This document shows positions 11,109-24,182 of a stretch of 64,000 nucleotides of DNA, one piece after another. The position numbers and the translations under genes were made by a program. The notes beneath the pieces are model-generated. The model made no database searches. It saw only the letters and a program-made list of their open reading frames with translations, and was not told the DNA's origin. Each line of letters opens with the position of its first letter. Within the stretch, counting starts at the first letter, position 1. Origin of the DNA: Felis catus (Eukaryota); contig NC_058368.1 of assembly GCF_018350175.1 (NCBI RefSeq), positions 213,716,001 to 213,780,000 of the forward strand, read 5' to 3'.

Positions 11109-12485
11109 GAGAGAGAGAATATAAATGAAGGGCCCTGTATACAACAGAGTCAACAAAGTCACTTCTACCTTGCTTGCTTAGGACTGCATTAAGTGCTGAG
11201 GGGCTGGTGCCTCCCAAGATCACGGTTATTCTAAATGCTATTCCAGGCCTGAGCACCACTGTCTTAGAGGCAGTGCTGGAGAGAGACACAGAATAGGACA
11301 GGCAACCCACAGCAGACATTCCTGGAGCAGAGAGCCCAGCGGCGCTGGAATTACATGCACAGATAACGTAAAACCTAGAATTGCAATGCACAGATAACCT
11401 AAAACCTTTAAGTCTATGGTTTCAACCTCCACCCTAACCAAGCGTGTCATCAGAACTGCTGACGAGCAGCAAAGTGGAGAGATTTAAATTTCATCTCCTT
11501 TTAATTTCCCCACCCACCCCCTGCCAGGGATGCCTACAAGCAGGGAACAGCGTACCCAGAAAGATGGCCAGAAGGCAGGCAACAGGAGAGAAACATCACA
11601 GATTCTCCTGCCAGGAGGAGTCAGAAAGACCCACAGCCCCCTGTGAAGAATATCCCCAGGGTCAAGGCCAGGAGTAAGGGGAAGCACCATAAGCCCTGTG
11701 CACTCTGGGCCTTATTTTGGCTTCAATCAGAGCAGTTTTGGTTCTGTATGTTAGGAATATATATTATGTTTTGAAAACGGGGAACCATGTCTACAACAGT
11801 TTGATGGCCATTGATCTGGTCCACCATCCATTTCACAGAGGAAGAAAGGGGTGGGGGAGGGGAAGTGATGTGTCCACAGTCACACCGATCATTTGTGACA
11901 AAGTCAGGTTTAAAATCCCAGTCTTCTGACTCAGGTCATATTGGCAACTAAACAACAGCAACAAAGCAAAAAAATTAAGATGTTGTGGCAGGACAAGGAC
12001 CTTACTTGTCTGATCAAATAGCTTGATTCTCACTCTGGGAAATGGGGCTAGCTCTCCCAGGTGGCTTGTCTGAGCAAAGTCAACCAGCTTACCACGAATA
12101 GAGCTGACCAGCCATTTCCAGAAGGAATCTCTGCAGTCAAGAATCAGCCACCCACTGCATCATTTGAAATTCAGACCCCCACCACCTAAATTTATTCATG
12201 GGAATCTTAAGGAAGGGGAGGCCTTCTTGGGAATAAAAGATCTAGACTGTTGATAAAGAAAAAAAGTAACATACCTAAGGAATCCCAACTCTCTCATGCT
12301 CAGTAAACAGACTTCTACCATCATTCATTCATGGCATGCAGGCTGTGGTGTGAACACTCAGCTCTGGGGTACAGAATGATGGCCAGCATGTCTTTGGTGC
12401 AGGCTTCTTGAGTTTTTGGGTTGCATGGCTATTCACACCACAGGGAGTGGGAAGGCAACCCTGGGAGATGGATTTGGTGGTTCTG

Positions 12486-12499
12486 CCATCAGGGGGAGC
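12486..12499 (+). promoter_or_regulatory. CTCF-like motif
   Basis: ccatcagggggagc, 12/14 match to CCASYAGRKGGCRS. Confidence 0.3.
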
Positions 12500-12854
12500 A
12501 GAAGCCAGCATTGAACATGCCCTAGAAGTCTGCCAGCATCACCAGAAAAGTCACCAAGCTCTGGAGCTCTCACTGTGAGCCCCTCTGCACACCAAGTGTG
12601 TTGAGATAGGACTCTTTGTCAGGTTGGAGAGTTCAGACAAACACACCCTAACCTAAGGGCTCCCTGGAAATAGCACAGAGCACAGTAGAGAGGGAGATCT
12701 TGCTCAAGTAGCCCCTGAAATTCAGGGTGAGTGCATACAGGAGGGAATATCTTTCCATTTGAGGGTTATCTGCAATGAACAAAGTGTCATAGGTCCTAGT
12801 TTACTCCTAGGGTAATAGCACTGCCTTTCGCTCTCAAAAGTATCCTAATTTGAT

Positions 12855-12897
12855 AAACAAAACAAAACAAAACAAAACAAAACAAAACAAAACAAAC
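12855..12897. repeat. (AAAAC)n microsatellite
   Basis: Seen directly. Confidence 0.97.
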
Positions 12898-13643
12898 ATA
12901 TGGTCATCCTGTCACAGGGCCCTTTATAACTTATTTCTCCAAGGGTGATCATTTAAAATACCATTTTTGAGCACAATTACTTTCTCTGCCAAGGATGGCA
13001 AACAGCCAGCCCACCTGTCCCAGTCCTATTACCATCCCCTTGACAGACATTGTTAATGGACCACAAAGAGCTCTCTTTCCCACTGATCCGAGAGAAAGCC
13101 ATAAAATCTTCTTAAGACAACCTTCTAGACAGCCAAGAAAATGAGTTGACTGATAAGCTGATACTGATTTGTCTTGGTTGGTCAATATCTCATCTGTTTA
13201 GGAAGCCACTCATATAAGAGCTTCAGCTTCCTGAGGCCATGAATACAAAGCCATAGGGCCTTGTCCCAGCTGCACCTAGGCATTTGTCTTAGCCAAAGCC
13301 AATACTACTCTCTTATTTCTTTGAGGATTGGCAATGACTCCTACCCAGGATGCCCAGAATGTAACCAAAGGTCCCTGACTTCCAAGCAGTCCAAACCAGC
13401 TAGAGCCCCATAGTTCTATTTTGAGCCCATATTTGGTCACTTTATGTTGCTCTAAGGGACAATCTATGCAGTGGCTTGCTATAATGCTAGGCCCTCTACT
13501 TGGCTTTATGGATCAAATTTCACTAGTTTTTGTTTTATTTTTTTTTCCCTCCCAGATTTTGGCAATGGTAAAAGGCACAATTCAGACAAATTCTGCTGAA
13601 ATTTAACATGCAGTTTCCTAGAACAGACTGTCTAGTTCTTGAT

Positions 13644-13681
<38 letters not shown>

Positions 13682-14057
13682 TTACATGGGTTAGGGAACA
13701 CCTTCCTACAAAAGTACACAATGAACATTACACCAGAAAATGAAAATTTTCACTAAGATAGGACATGGGAACAAAAGTCTAACTTGAAACAGAAAAAAAA
13801 TTGAAATTACAAAGAACTCATTTTCTCCAAAGAGAGTAAAGGTACTAAAACACAAACACTAAAAGGCTAATGGCACACTTCTCCAGGAATGGACAAGACT
13901 CCAATGAGCGTGGCAGTGTGTAGAGGTAAGAGGTAGGTATGCACAGTGAAAAAGTGATTGAAAGTGGTTTTGACTGTATGTTTAGTGAGACCTGAAAAAG
14001 GAGGTCTCTCCAGGTGGTGTGTGAGAACTTCCTAGAGGAGGGAGACTTTGAAGGTCC

Positions 14058-14150
14058 ATTTATTTTCCTTCTGCAAATATTTATTGAGCACCTACTCTGT
14101 ATCAAGCATTATTCTAGATGCTGGAAGGATAACAGTGAACCGAACAGGCA
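14058..14150 (-). mobile_element. L2 3' end fragment
   Basis: aaatatttattgagcacctactctgtatcaagcattattctagatgctgg. Confidence 0.7.
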
Positions 14151-14597
14151 GAGATTAAAGTCTAGTTCTCTCTGTTTCTATCTCTATCTCCATCTTTATC
14201 TCTCTCTTGCCACACACACATGCATGCATGCATGTATATACACACAGATTTTATTTGCAAGTGAGATTACTGTCCTTTATTCCCCTTTTGGTCTATTCAT
14301 ATGTTCTGATTTTTCTAAAATAACACAAATTTCTTTGTTAATATGAAAATTTTACTTTAAAACAAAACATTAAAAATGATACTGAGCACAAGTACTAGAG
14401 AGACAAAAGGCAATGGGCATCCATGGAACACTACTATCTGTTTGTTCATTTGAATTATGAAGGTGGGGACAAGGGCAATCAATGAACTTACCCAGAGTGC
14501 TCCTTCCCCTCTCTCCAGTGACCTTGTAAAGCCTGACAGGCAGACCTGGGAGTACCCCAGGCACAGAGGGGGCGAAGGACAGAAGTGACCCACAGGA

Positions 14598-14848
14598 GGG
14601 GTGCCTGGGTGGCTCAGTCGGTTAAGCATCCTACTTGGGCTCAGGTCGTGATCTCACAGTTAGTGGTTTTGATCCCCATGTCAGGCTCTGAGCTGACAAC
14701 TCAGAGTCTGGAGCCTGCTTCAGATTCTCTGCTTCAGATTCTCTCTCTCTCTCTCTCTCTCTGCCCCTCCCCTGCTTTTGCTCTCTCTCTCCCTCTCCCC
14801 CTCTCTCTCTCTCTCTCAAAAGTAAATAAACTAAAAAAAAAGAAAGAA
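14598..14848 (+). mobile_element. Feliform CanSINE with an internal 14-bp duplication
   Basis: TSD agaagtgacccaca at 14581-14594 and 14849-14862; tgcttcagattctc repeated twice. Confidence 0.96.
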
Positions 14849-15540
14849 AGAAGTGACCCACACTAACACAGAGCTTCTTAGCCTACCAAGAGTAGAATTT
14901 TTTAGCACATTAAACTTTTAGTAAGTTCACTAAAACCCTCTGAAATAATTTGAATATATCCTTAGCCTCAATAATTATACACACAAAGAAAGGAAAAAGA
15001 GAATACAGTATTTTTTACAATAAGATTCTTTCCTGTTCAAACTATAAAGGGAAAATATCTCTCTCCTTTTTTAGAATTAGCATCATGATAATACCAAAGA
15101 GAATAAATGTCAAAAGAAAAAAGATATGACTCATTCAAATGATAAGAATATCAAAAGACGCTCTTTAAGCAAGTAATTTTCTTTCCTTCTTATTTTTAAA
15201 GTGAATTAAGACCCTCTCTTGGACACCAACTGTGACAGAAAGGACTTTTTGGCTAATGAGGATGTGGCAGGCCCACTCTTGACCCTCCTGTTAATGGCCA
15301 GTAAACATGGGTGAGGCATGTCCCACCCTGATTTTAAAAGACCCAAACTAACAATTCTGTCCAAATCTCAAGGAACTGTTATAATTTTCAGTACATGAGT
15401 GTGACTTAGAAATGGAAACCACTTTAGAGCAAGGTGAAGCCAACAACCAAGTCATAGCCCTCAAAAGGTCCATGCTTTGTGGTTCAATTGTGGGAAGAAA
15501 AAAAAATTCCACCTATAAATTCTTTAGAAAGTTAACTACC

Positions 15541-15612
15541 AAGAAAGAAAGAAAGAAAAGAAGAAATTAATAAAGACAGGAAAAAGAAAGAAAGAAAGAA
15601 AGAAAGAAAAAA

Positions 15613-15656
<44 letters not shown>

Positions 15657-15680
15657 AAAAGGAAAGGAAAAAAAGAAAAA
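15541..15680. repeat. (GAAA)n-rich tract
   Basis: Seen directly; flanked by aaagt(t)aactacc direct repeats. Confidence 0.95.
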
Positions 15681-16639
15681 AAAGTAACTACCTTAGAAAG
15701 TTCCAGACAAACCCAGTTTCATGGACTTTGGAGGTCAGCTGTGTATAATGAATGCTGTTACAACAGACGTAAGAAGTTGCTTGCGCCTGTGGTTACAAAA
15801 TAGGCACAATCAAGGGGAAAAAACGACTAGGACAGAAAAACTACACATTTGATGTCACTTGAGCCTGGAAATATTGATTATATTCTCTTACCCACTAGCG
15901 TCTCAGAATGAGAAGTCATTGTCTGGGTTAGCAAACTTCACATCATGGATGCCTGGTCTTTTATGTTCTTCCATGAGGCATGTTTCCTTCATTTCCTCAG
16001 TATCTGAGGCATCAATCTCCCAGCTGAGAATCTGACAGAGTGGGCACTCTATAAGTGCTTGCTGAGGATAGACAGACGGAAGAATGAAGGGACAGGTAAT
16101 GTTGTTACAATGAAAAATTTGTCCTGTAAGAACCTGGATGCCACCAGGCCTGCCTTCAGGAGAGCTATTCACCTTTTCCTAGCAATAACTTCAGCCATGC
16201 ATTCCATGAGCAATTTATTATGCTAGGTATTATGCAGGATACAGGAACAGAAAAATATGACAGAATTCATACTCTGGTTAAAGATAAAAGACAGGCAACA
16301 ACTAGCAATAGAATAAAATCAAGCATGAAAGCATGTTATGTAGACTCACAGGAGGTCAAGATCAATGGATAGCATGGCAAAACTCACCAACATGAAAAGA
16401 GTGCAGATAACATCCTCCAAAAGGAAGGATAGACTAGGTAACCTAAAAGAATATTTAAGAAGAGGTTTTAAATTTATTTAGAATCCTACTTTTTCATGCA
16501 GAACTACAAAATAACATATAGCACAGAAATTACAGGATGGATAGATAGGTAGATAAGTAATAGACACAATATTATTTGATTCACATCTTCCAGCAGAAGT
16601 TGGTAAGTCAAATGCCTTCAGAGACCAAGCAGGTAAACC

Positions 16640-16885
16640 TCATCAAGCATCTCTGTGCACCATGCATTGTTCTAAGTGTTTCACATGCATTTTTTCACTT
16701 AGTCCTTGCCACAATCCTCTAAGAAGATACAAATATTATCCCACTTAGATGAAGAAAGAGAGGCCCCAGAAAGTTGAGGCTGTGCAAGTTTACCAGGTTG
16801 GCCAAAGACACATAACAAGCAAATGGTAGAGCAGAGACTCAGGGTAGGACATTCTGCCTTCAAAGCCCCCAGTCCTGCAACATTA
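16640..16885 (-). mobile_element. MIR
   Basis: ttctaagtgtttcacatgcatt...attatcccacttagatgaagaaagagaggc core. Confidence 0.8.
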
Positions 16886-17071
16886 CTCCCCCTCCTGCTA
16901 TGGAGGGATGGAAGTATGGCTGGGATATGGTGGCTGCTGAGGCATGGGCTCCTGTGACAATGAACAGCTACCACTGAGCTCCAGCAGACTGGTGCCAGAC
17001 TTCCAGGGTACAGCCAAAAAAAAAAAAAAAAAAAAAAAAAAATCCACACTCCAAAATGTGAAATCTCTTGA

Positions 17072-17134
17072 TTTTTTTGTAAAGTTTATTTATTGAATAA
17101 GAGAGAGAGAGTGAGCGAGCATGAGTGGGGGAGG

Positions 17135-17179
<45 letters not shown>

Positions 17180-17294
17180 CCAAGCAGGCTCCACACTGTC
17201 CCAACATGGGACTCAAACTCATGAACTGTGAGACCATGACCTGAGCCAAGATCAAGAGTCTGATGCTTAACCAACTGAGCCACCCAGGAGTCCC
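17072..17294 (-). mobile_element. CanSINE
   Basis: TSD aaatctctt on both sides; (GA)n. Confidence 0.95.
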
Positions 17295-18260
17295 ATAAAA
17301 TCTCTTTAAGTACAGATAAGTTCAGTCTTTAAAAAATAAAAACTAACCACTCAGCAAACCCAACAAAACCATCTGCAATGAGTTTTAGCCCATGCCCTTC
17401 TAGTGGGCAACTTCTGCCTTGCACTTTGTCCATTTCACTTGTGTGGTTTTACTTTTCGCAATATTCCTTAAAGGAAGTATTATTATTTCTGATGCATGCA
17501 TGAAGAATCCATGAAGGCCTAGAGAGGATGCATGTCCTCCCCACAAACATACCTGTTCACAGGCAGAGGGCCAAGACTCAACATGGAACAAAGCCGACCT
17601 CCCTTGAGCTCTACCACACGGGTCAGAGAGCCCCACTCCACAGTTTGCTGGAGAGACAGCCATCCTTTGATTTACAGTTGTTCCCCTTCCTCATGAAAAT
17701 GTAACCATCCATAGGCAGGGCCATGGGTTAAGTATTTACCAGTCAATGCTCCTTGCATTTAATAAATACGGGTTTGAAAGAATGAACTAGATCCTTTCCA
17801 CAGAGCAGTTATCCTTGGGGGGAGCGTTGGAGACAGCACAAGAATGAGAACGAAACACTGCAAAGAAGAACAAACACCATGGAAACATCCACACAAGCAT
17901 GGGAGTGGTTCAAAGCCTTGCCTAGAACTGGCACAGGCAGATCCACCCCTTCTGAAGAGATCCTGATGAGGAGAGGACTTGGGAATACTTAATGGTTTCC
18001 CCAGGGCTCTCAGCTCATAAGAGAGAAAAGTCAGGGTGAGAACTTGACTATTCTGATTGCAAGTTCAATTTTCTCTTTGATTTCACTTACGTCCAGCCTC
18101 TTGTTTACCTCCACAGACTAAAACTCAGCGCTGTCCTGACAGGCAGACCCCAGTTCCAATTCACTATGAAGTAGTGGACGCCTATGTACAAGACCCGTAA
18201 GAAAACCTTCAGGAAGAAACTTTCTTTTAAAAAAAAAAAAAAAAAAAAATCGTGACTCTT

Positions 18261-18490
18261 TTTTTTTTTTTTTTAATTTTTTTTTTTCAACGTTTATTTA
18301 TTTTTGGGACAGAGAGAGACAGAGCATGAACGGGGGAGGGGCAGAGAGAGAGGGAGACACAGAATCGGAAACAGGCTCCAGGCTCTGAGCCATCAGCCCA
18401 GAGCCCGACGTGGGGCTTGAACTCACGGACCGCGAGATCGTGACCTGGCTGAAGTCGGACGCTTAACCGACTGCGCCACCCAGGCGCCCC
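18261..18490 (-). mobile_element. Very young feline CanSINE
   Basis: Perfect 17-bp TSD aaaaaatcgtgactctt (18244-18260, 18491-18507); most CpGs intact; long T tail. Confidence 0.98.
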
Positions 18491-18529
18491 AAAAAATCGT
18501 GACTCTTAACCGAATCCATTTCATTGTCC

Positions 18530-18857
18530 AAAAATGGACAAAATAGAGAAATACACAAAGAGAATAAAGTCACCCACAATCTCACCAATCAGAGACAGCC
18601 ACAATTTTGGACACTTTCTTCAGTCTTTCCCATAGTGTGTGTGTGCACACACACATATACCTGTAGTATTTTGTACTTGATTGAGGTCACACTCCATATG
18701 CAGTTTTTAAGCTTGGATTTTCACTTGCTTTATCTTAAACATTTTACCATATCATTACAATTCTTCAAAGACTGACATTTAAATAACTGTGCAATCCTGT
18801 GAAAATGGATCACCATAATTTATTTTACTAATTCTATTGTCGGGAATTTAGGCTATG

Positions 18858-18901
<44 letters not shown>

Positions 18902-19070
18902 ATCCTAAATGATGCTCCGATGAATACAAAATTGACCCTATTTCCAGTTAGTTCTTCAAAAGGTATCTATAGAAAAGGAATTACAGGGTGACAGGGGCCC
19001 ACTTTGAGGCTCTATCTACATATTGTCAACATGCTTTCCAAAAAGGTTGTGGCAATTTACATTGCAATTA
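18530..19070 (-). mobile_element. Ancient L1ME-like 3' fragment with a poly(T) run
   Basis: ttgtcgggaatttaggc, agaaaaggaattacaggg, atgctttccaaaaaggttgt motifs of old L1 in reverse. Confidence 0.55.
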
Positions 19071-19909
19071 TATAATTTTGAAAAACCTCTGCCCCCTTAG
19101 TCTTCCTCAATTTCAGCAACCAGGTCTCTTCTAGAGAGATGGGGCCCCCTGGCCTTGTGTGTCACTAAACAATACTTGGTCAATGGCTACAGCTGGGTTT
19201 TTCCCAAAGAAGCTTTCATCTCATTTCACTTGGTTAAACGAACACACAACACTTGCTAAAAGAGGGAAGAAGGGTCTTTATTGTTTTTTAAAGGTCCCTG
19301 TGAGCAGGCCGTGGTGAAGTTCCAGGACACGACACAGCCGAGTCTATCCCAATCATATACACATCAGGATGAGCAGGTCTGAAAGAGAAACGCCCCATTC
19401 CAAATGGCAGCGGCAGCTCAGAGCCGTGTGGCCAAAATGCCCATTAGCTGTTTGTCAGGAGTATTTTTAGAAAGCGCAGAACAAGACTGGGAGGAGAACC
19501 GTGCTGCCCTGTGCCCTCTCCCCGGGATCCATCGCCGAAGCCTCCAGAAGCCGCCCGCTATCAGCTGCGCTCCCCACGCTGACAAGCCCAGCACACACAA
19601 CACACCCCAGACAGCATTAAAGGTGCCCCTGAGCAAGGACACACGTCTGCCCCCAAAATCTGTCTGAGGAGCCTCACGATATTCACTTACTGCAGGGAGC
19701 TTCTGTTATCAGAACGCGCAGACATGTGGAAATTAGCATCAGATCTCTGAAACGCAATGATCTGGAGGAAAATCCCATGATCTAAATCATAGATGTCATA
19801 CCTTGCAATCTGTCTAACGTTCCAAAAATGTCCATTTTCATTGCTGTTCTCGAGGCCTATGGTCTTCCACAGTGAATGAGGCTGGTGCATACAGTCAGGC
19901 AGAACAGGG

Positions 19910-20040
19910 CCGATCAATTAACCTCTCTGAACCTCAGTTTCCTCATCAGAAAAGTAGGGCCAAATAGTAATGTCTGCCTCATAAGGGTCTTGTGAAAATT
20001 CGGAACCCTTGGCCTGTAAAAGGCCCTCAGGAAGTGCTAA
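19910..20040 (+). mobile_element. MIR
   Basis: ttaacctctctgaacctcagtttcctcatc. Confidence 0.85.
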
Positions 20041-20922
20041 TTTTAATGCCGGTGGTCATGGTACGGTTCAAAAGCAGATTTATCCAGCTATAAATTCCTG
20101 GCACATTTTACTTCTGGAAACCACTGCGCTCTAGCCTTTCCACCAGAGGAAGGGAGAGAAAAGAAATGAAACCTAAAAGTCACATTTGCATTATCTCAGC
20201 CACCCCTGTAAGCCACATAATGGGAAGAGGAATTTGTAACAACTTCTAAAAATGAAACTGTCAAGTGACCAGTGGCTATTCCTGTCTCCATTATGCATCT
20301 ATTAGAAGCTGAAGAGACATACAAAGGACGTACATTTGCGTGAACTCTGCGCAGCACCAGGACCTTCTTCTGACTCCGTCTCCCCTCTTCTAACAGTAAG
20401 TAGGTTGTCTCGAAGTTCTAGGACGTGGCCAAGTCTCTCTCAGTCCCAAGGTGTAAGTGGGCACACCTGTGGGTTAGGCAGCACCAGAGACCTGGAGTCT
20501 GGCCTTATTCTGCCACTGACTAAGCAAGACATTTTTGCTCTCTGATAAAAATGTGGTGACTGAACCAGGGGTCATCTCTATAAACGTCTTCTCAGTGATA
20601 AGAGAGTATATGGTTCTATCTTCGTACGTAATTTTGAGATCTAAAATATTTTTTCCTACGGACCTTGTAAAAGTCCCTTATATTGTAGTTGTTCGCCTCC
20701 GGGTGAGAAAATGAGTCAAAGGGTTGAATGTCAAGTTGAGACAAGGCTATAATGGCTACTGTTAGACATGTAGGATTCAGTGCAAAGAACTAGCATCAAA
20801 TTAGGTCAAATCAATATATTTACCAAAGGGCTACTCACAGCCATGAACTGAAACAGACTCCCTGACACACTGAGGTTGCCCACTAGCCCTGCATGGACTT
20901 TCAGACAGAACATAAGCAGTGA

Positions 20923-21127
20923 GGGGCGCCTGGTTGGCTCAGTCAGTGAAGCGTCCGACTTCGGCTTACGTCATGGTCTCATGGTTCATGAGTTCGAGCC
21001 CCATATCGAGCTGTCAGCACAGAGCCTGGAGCCTGCTTCAGATTGTGTGTCTCCCTCTCTCTCTGCCCCTCCCCCACTTGCATTCTGTCTCTCTCAAAAA
21101 TAAACATTAAAAATTTTTTTTTAAAAA
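20923..21127 (+). mobile_element. Feliform CanSINE
   Basis: 16-bp TSD agaacataagcagtga (20907-20922, 21128-21143). Confidence 0.97.
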
Positions 21128-21674
21128 AGAACATAAGCAGTGATAGGAAAATAAGCCAAAAACAAATAAACTTATTATTTTATGATACTCTTTCGTTTAC
21201 TTATAAAGTTATCATTAATCATTAAATGTTTTATTGAAGAATACTTTCCAACCAGCAAATAGATGAAAATCTATGTGGCAAAACACAAAGTACGATTAGG
21301 TATGCCTCTGATTTAGATGGTTCTAATTTAGTGCCTTTCTCTTACCCCCCAGATAGGACCACCTTAACAACTTTATTCCAAAAACTGCCATCTTAGCATT
21401 CCCTTCTGCACTTTATAGGTTGGAATATTTTAAAATACAGAGTTTGTATAAAATGGGTAGTAGAAGGTCACTGTTGGGCCATTCTTGTTTATCTCCAGCA
21501 GGTTGATAAACTCCACCAAGCTATGTGATTTCATCTCTTGTACTTCTGTCTTATAGATAGAAAAGGGTATCATTAGCCAAGTACCAGGAGGATGGAAAGA
21601 AGTAGGCACCCAGTAACAGCAATAAGCACCCCCCTGGCCATCCCAAATAGGCACACTAGACAAAAATGCTGTTT

Positions 21675-21893
21675 GGGGCACCTGGGTGGCTCAGTCGGTT
21701 AAGCAGCCGACTTCGGCTCAGGTCATGATCTCACGGTCCGTGAGTTCGAGCCCTGCGTTGGGCTCTGTGCTGACAGCTCGGAGCCTGGAGCCTGTTTCAG
21801 ATTCTGTGTCTCCCTCTCTCTGACCCTCCCCTGTTCATGCTCTGTCTCTCCCTGTCTCAAAAATAAATAAAACGTTAAAAAAAATTTTTTTTT
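21675..21893 (+). mobile_element. Feliform CanSINE
   Basis: TSD aaatgctgt; near-consensus body. Confidence 0.96.
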
Positions 21894-22134
21894 AAATGCT
21901 GTGTGAGCAAACAACTTCAGAACAAGTCCCCTTCAGCCCATCCCTCCACTCCAACAACTATTCCTAAAGTTCCCCCAATCTCTCCACCCCGAACCCCCAC
22001 AATCTGGAGCTGTCACTGCACTCACAGGGGCTCACAGAGAGACTGTGTGCCACAGTGGCAGAAGTCAAATTTGGACAGGTAGATCTAATGGTTTTGATTA
22101 CTGGAGACGCAAATCTGTTTCAACAGTAGAACCA

Positions 22135-22620
22135 GTGGAGGCAAAGGATAGAAATTCAATCTGAAGAACAGAAGCAGCAAGGGGAATTTATTGACTCATA
22201 TAAATGAAAAGTCCATGGGGAATGGAGATAGCTGTCAATATGGCTGGATCCGTAAATGCTTGTCACCAGGAATCTTGATTTCTCTGTCTTCCATGCTGGC
22301 ATCATTTCCAGTTGGCACTCTGTGCATGGTAGCAAAGATGGACACCAGCAGTCCAAGTTTATGTTCTACAGGCTTAGAAACCTCAGCTGAGGGCATGTGT
22401 CTCTTTCCAGTGGCTCTAGCAGAAGTCCCAGGATGGAGTCTCATGGTCTGACTTGGATCATGCACCTATTATCATTTACCAGCCTCTGAGTTATGTCCCA
22501 GCTCCTAGAGCCATCGGGTAACAGACCACATGAGACATGTGGATTGAGAATGAGAAAGGGCATGCTCCAAAGCAAGAGAGGGGAAAGGATGCCAGGAAGA
22601 CAGAAACCAAGGGTATGGGT
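22135..22620 (-). mobile_element. Old MaLR solo LTR (MLT1J/K-like)
   Basis: ggaatttattgactcatataaatgaaaagtcc...ggctggatcc...acttggatcatgcacc resemble MLT1J/K in reverse. Confidence 0.55.
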
Positions 22621-23381
22621 ATCCCCAAATGGCAGGCTTAGCTGTCTGAACCACATTAACCCCAGGATTTTTCTATTCTCAGTTTGGTACATACTAAATA
22701 CTATTTAGGATTCTGTTAAATCACAAGGAGTTGTTCCCATCAAAAATTGGGACATAATCAGCCTCAGGGGCACCCCTTGTGTTCTTTTCTAGGTACAACT
22801 CACCAGAAGGTAACCAATACCCTGACTTTTAATACCATAGATACATTCTGTTTTTATACCTTATATGAACGGCATCACATAGAATGTACTCTTACAATTG
22901 TACACGTTCTTTATGTACATTATATTTCAATAACAAGTTTATTTTAAAAAAGAGCTAATCATGATATTTTCTGCACCCTACCAACATTATAAACTGTGTA
23001 ACTTTCAAGGACTTTCTCAGCCTTTTCAGAAATGGCTTTCTCTCCAAGCAAAACAATCTCTTAGAAAGCAAATTCTTTATGCATCTGCAGTCAACCACAG
23101 GTGACCAAGGTCACGGGCAGTGGGGCCCACACCAGGGACCTGGCATGCTCTTCAGCCTCTCAGCTCCTTCTGCACAGCCTTCCACCCTGGGCTCTGTCCT
23201 CTTATAGGTGGGTGTTTGGGAAAACATCATCCTTTGCTGATCTTTGCATCTAGAGAGCAGAGGTGAGTAGAGGGCAGCTGTCAATCAAGCAATGGTCAGC
23301 CAGCAAACTTTTGAAGGATCATGGGTAGAAGAAAGAGATGGCATTATTGGGTCACTCCAGAACAGTGGTTCAGGAATCCTT

Positions 23382-23600
23382 CTTTTTTTCTTTTTTTTTA
23401 ATGTTTATTTATTTTTGAGAGAGAGAGAAGCATGAATGGAGGAAGGGAAGAGAAAGGGAGAAGGAGACACAGAATCAGAAGCAGGCTCCAGGCTCTGAGC
23501 TGTCAGCACAGAGCCTGATGAGGGGCTTGAACTTGGGAATGGAGAGTCTTGACCTGAGCCAAAGTCAGATGCTTAACCGACTGAGCCACCCAGGTGCCCC
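23382..23600 (-). mobile_element. Feliform CanSINE
   Basis: TSD caggaatcctt on both sides. Confidence 0.96.
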
Positions 23601-24011
23601 CAGGAATCCTTTAAAGAGCAATGGTAGTTATAAACTTTTCTCCCACTTCTCCACACCAAAGTTCATCTGTGGATAAATCCCAGGAGTATATGGATTGCAG
23701 GTTAAAAAACCAGCAAACAAACAAAACTTCTTTATAGTGTAGAACTAGGGCAAGCCAATAGACGACACTGGCCAAAACTGGCCATTCTTGGGAGGTAAGT
23801 ACCACTCTGCTCTAGAATTATGCATGGAGGGGGCAGAGGGGATTCAATGATGTTCCCTGTAGTCAGACTTCTTGAGATGGGTGAGAAGCTATATTAAATG
23901 ATCTTTAAGGCTCTTTTGAACAATCAGATTCCACGAGTCTAGCAAAGCCCCTCTAATGGTCCCAACAGTAAACCAGGAGCTAAATCATCAAAACCAATGC
24001 TGAGCCCTCAC

Positions 24012-24182
24012 AATGTTAAATGCAGAATTATCATATGATTGAGTAATTTGACTCATAAGTGTATACTCCAAAGGACTGAAAACAGGAATTCAAACAAATA
24101 CTTACACATGAGTGTTCACAGCACTATTCACAACAGCCAAAAGGTAGAAACAACCCAAGTATCCATCAATAGATAAATGGAA
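24012..24182 (+). mobile_element. L1 3' fragment
   Basis: gcactattcacaacagccaaaaggtagaaacaacccaagtatccatcaatagataaatgg. Confidence 0.85.

Noticed and set aside
18091..18117. 27-nt minus-strand micro-exon candidate (SVEVNKRLD) with a GTAAGT donor
   Set aside because: Poor polypyrimidine tract and an unrecognised peptide
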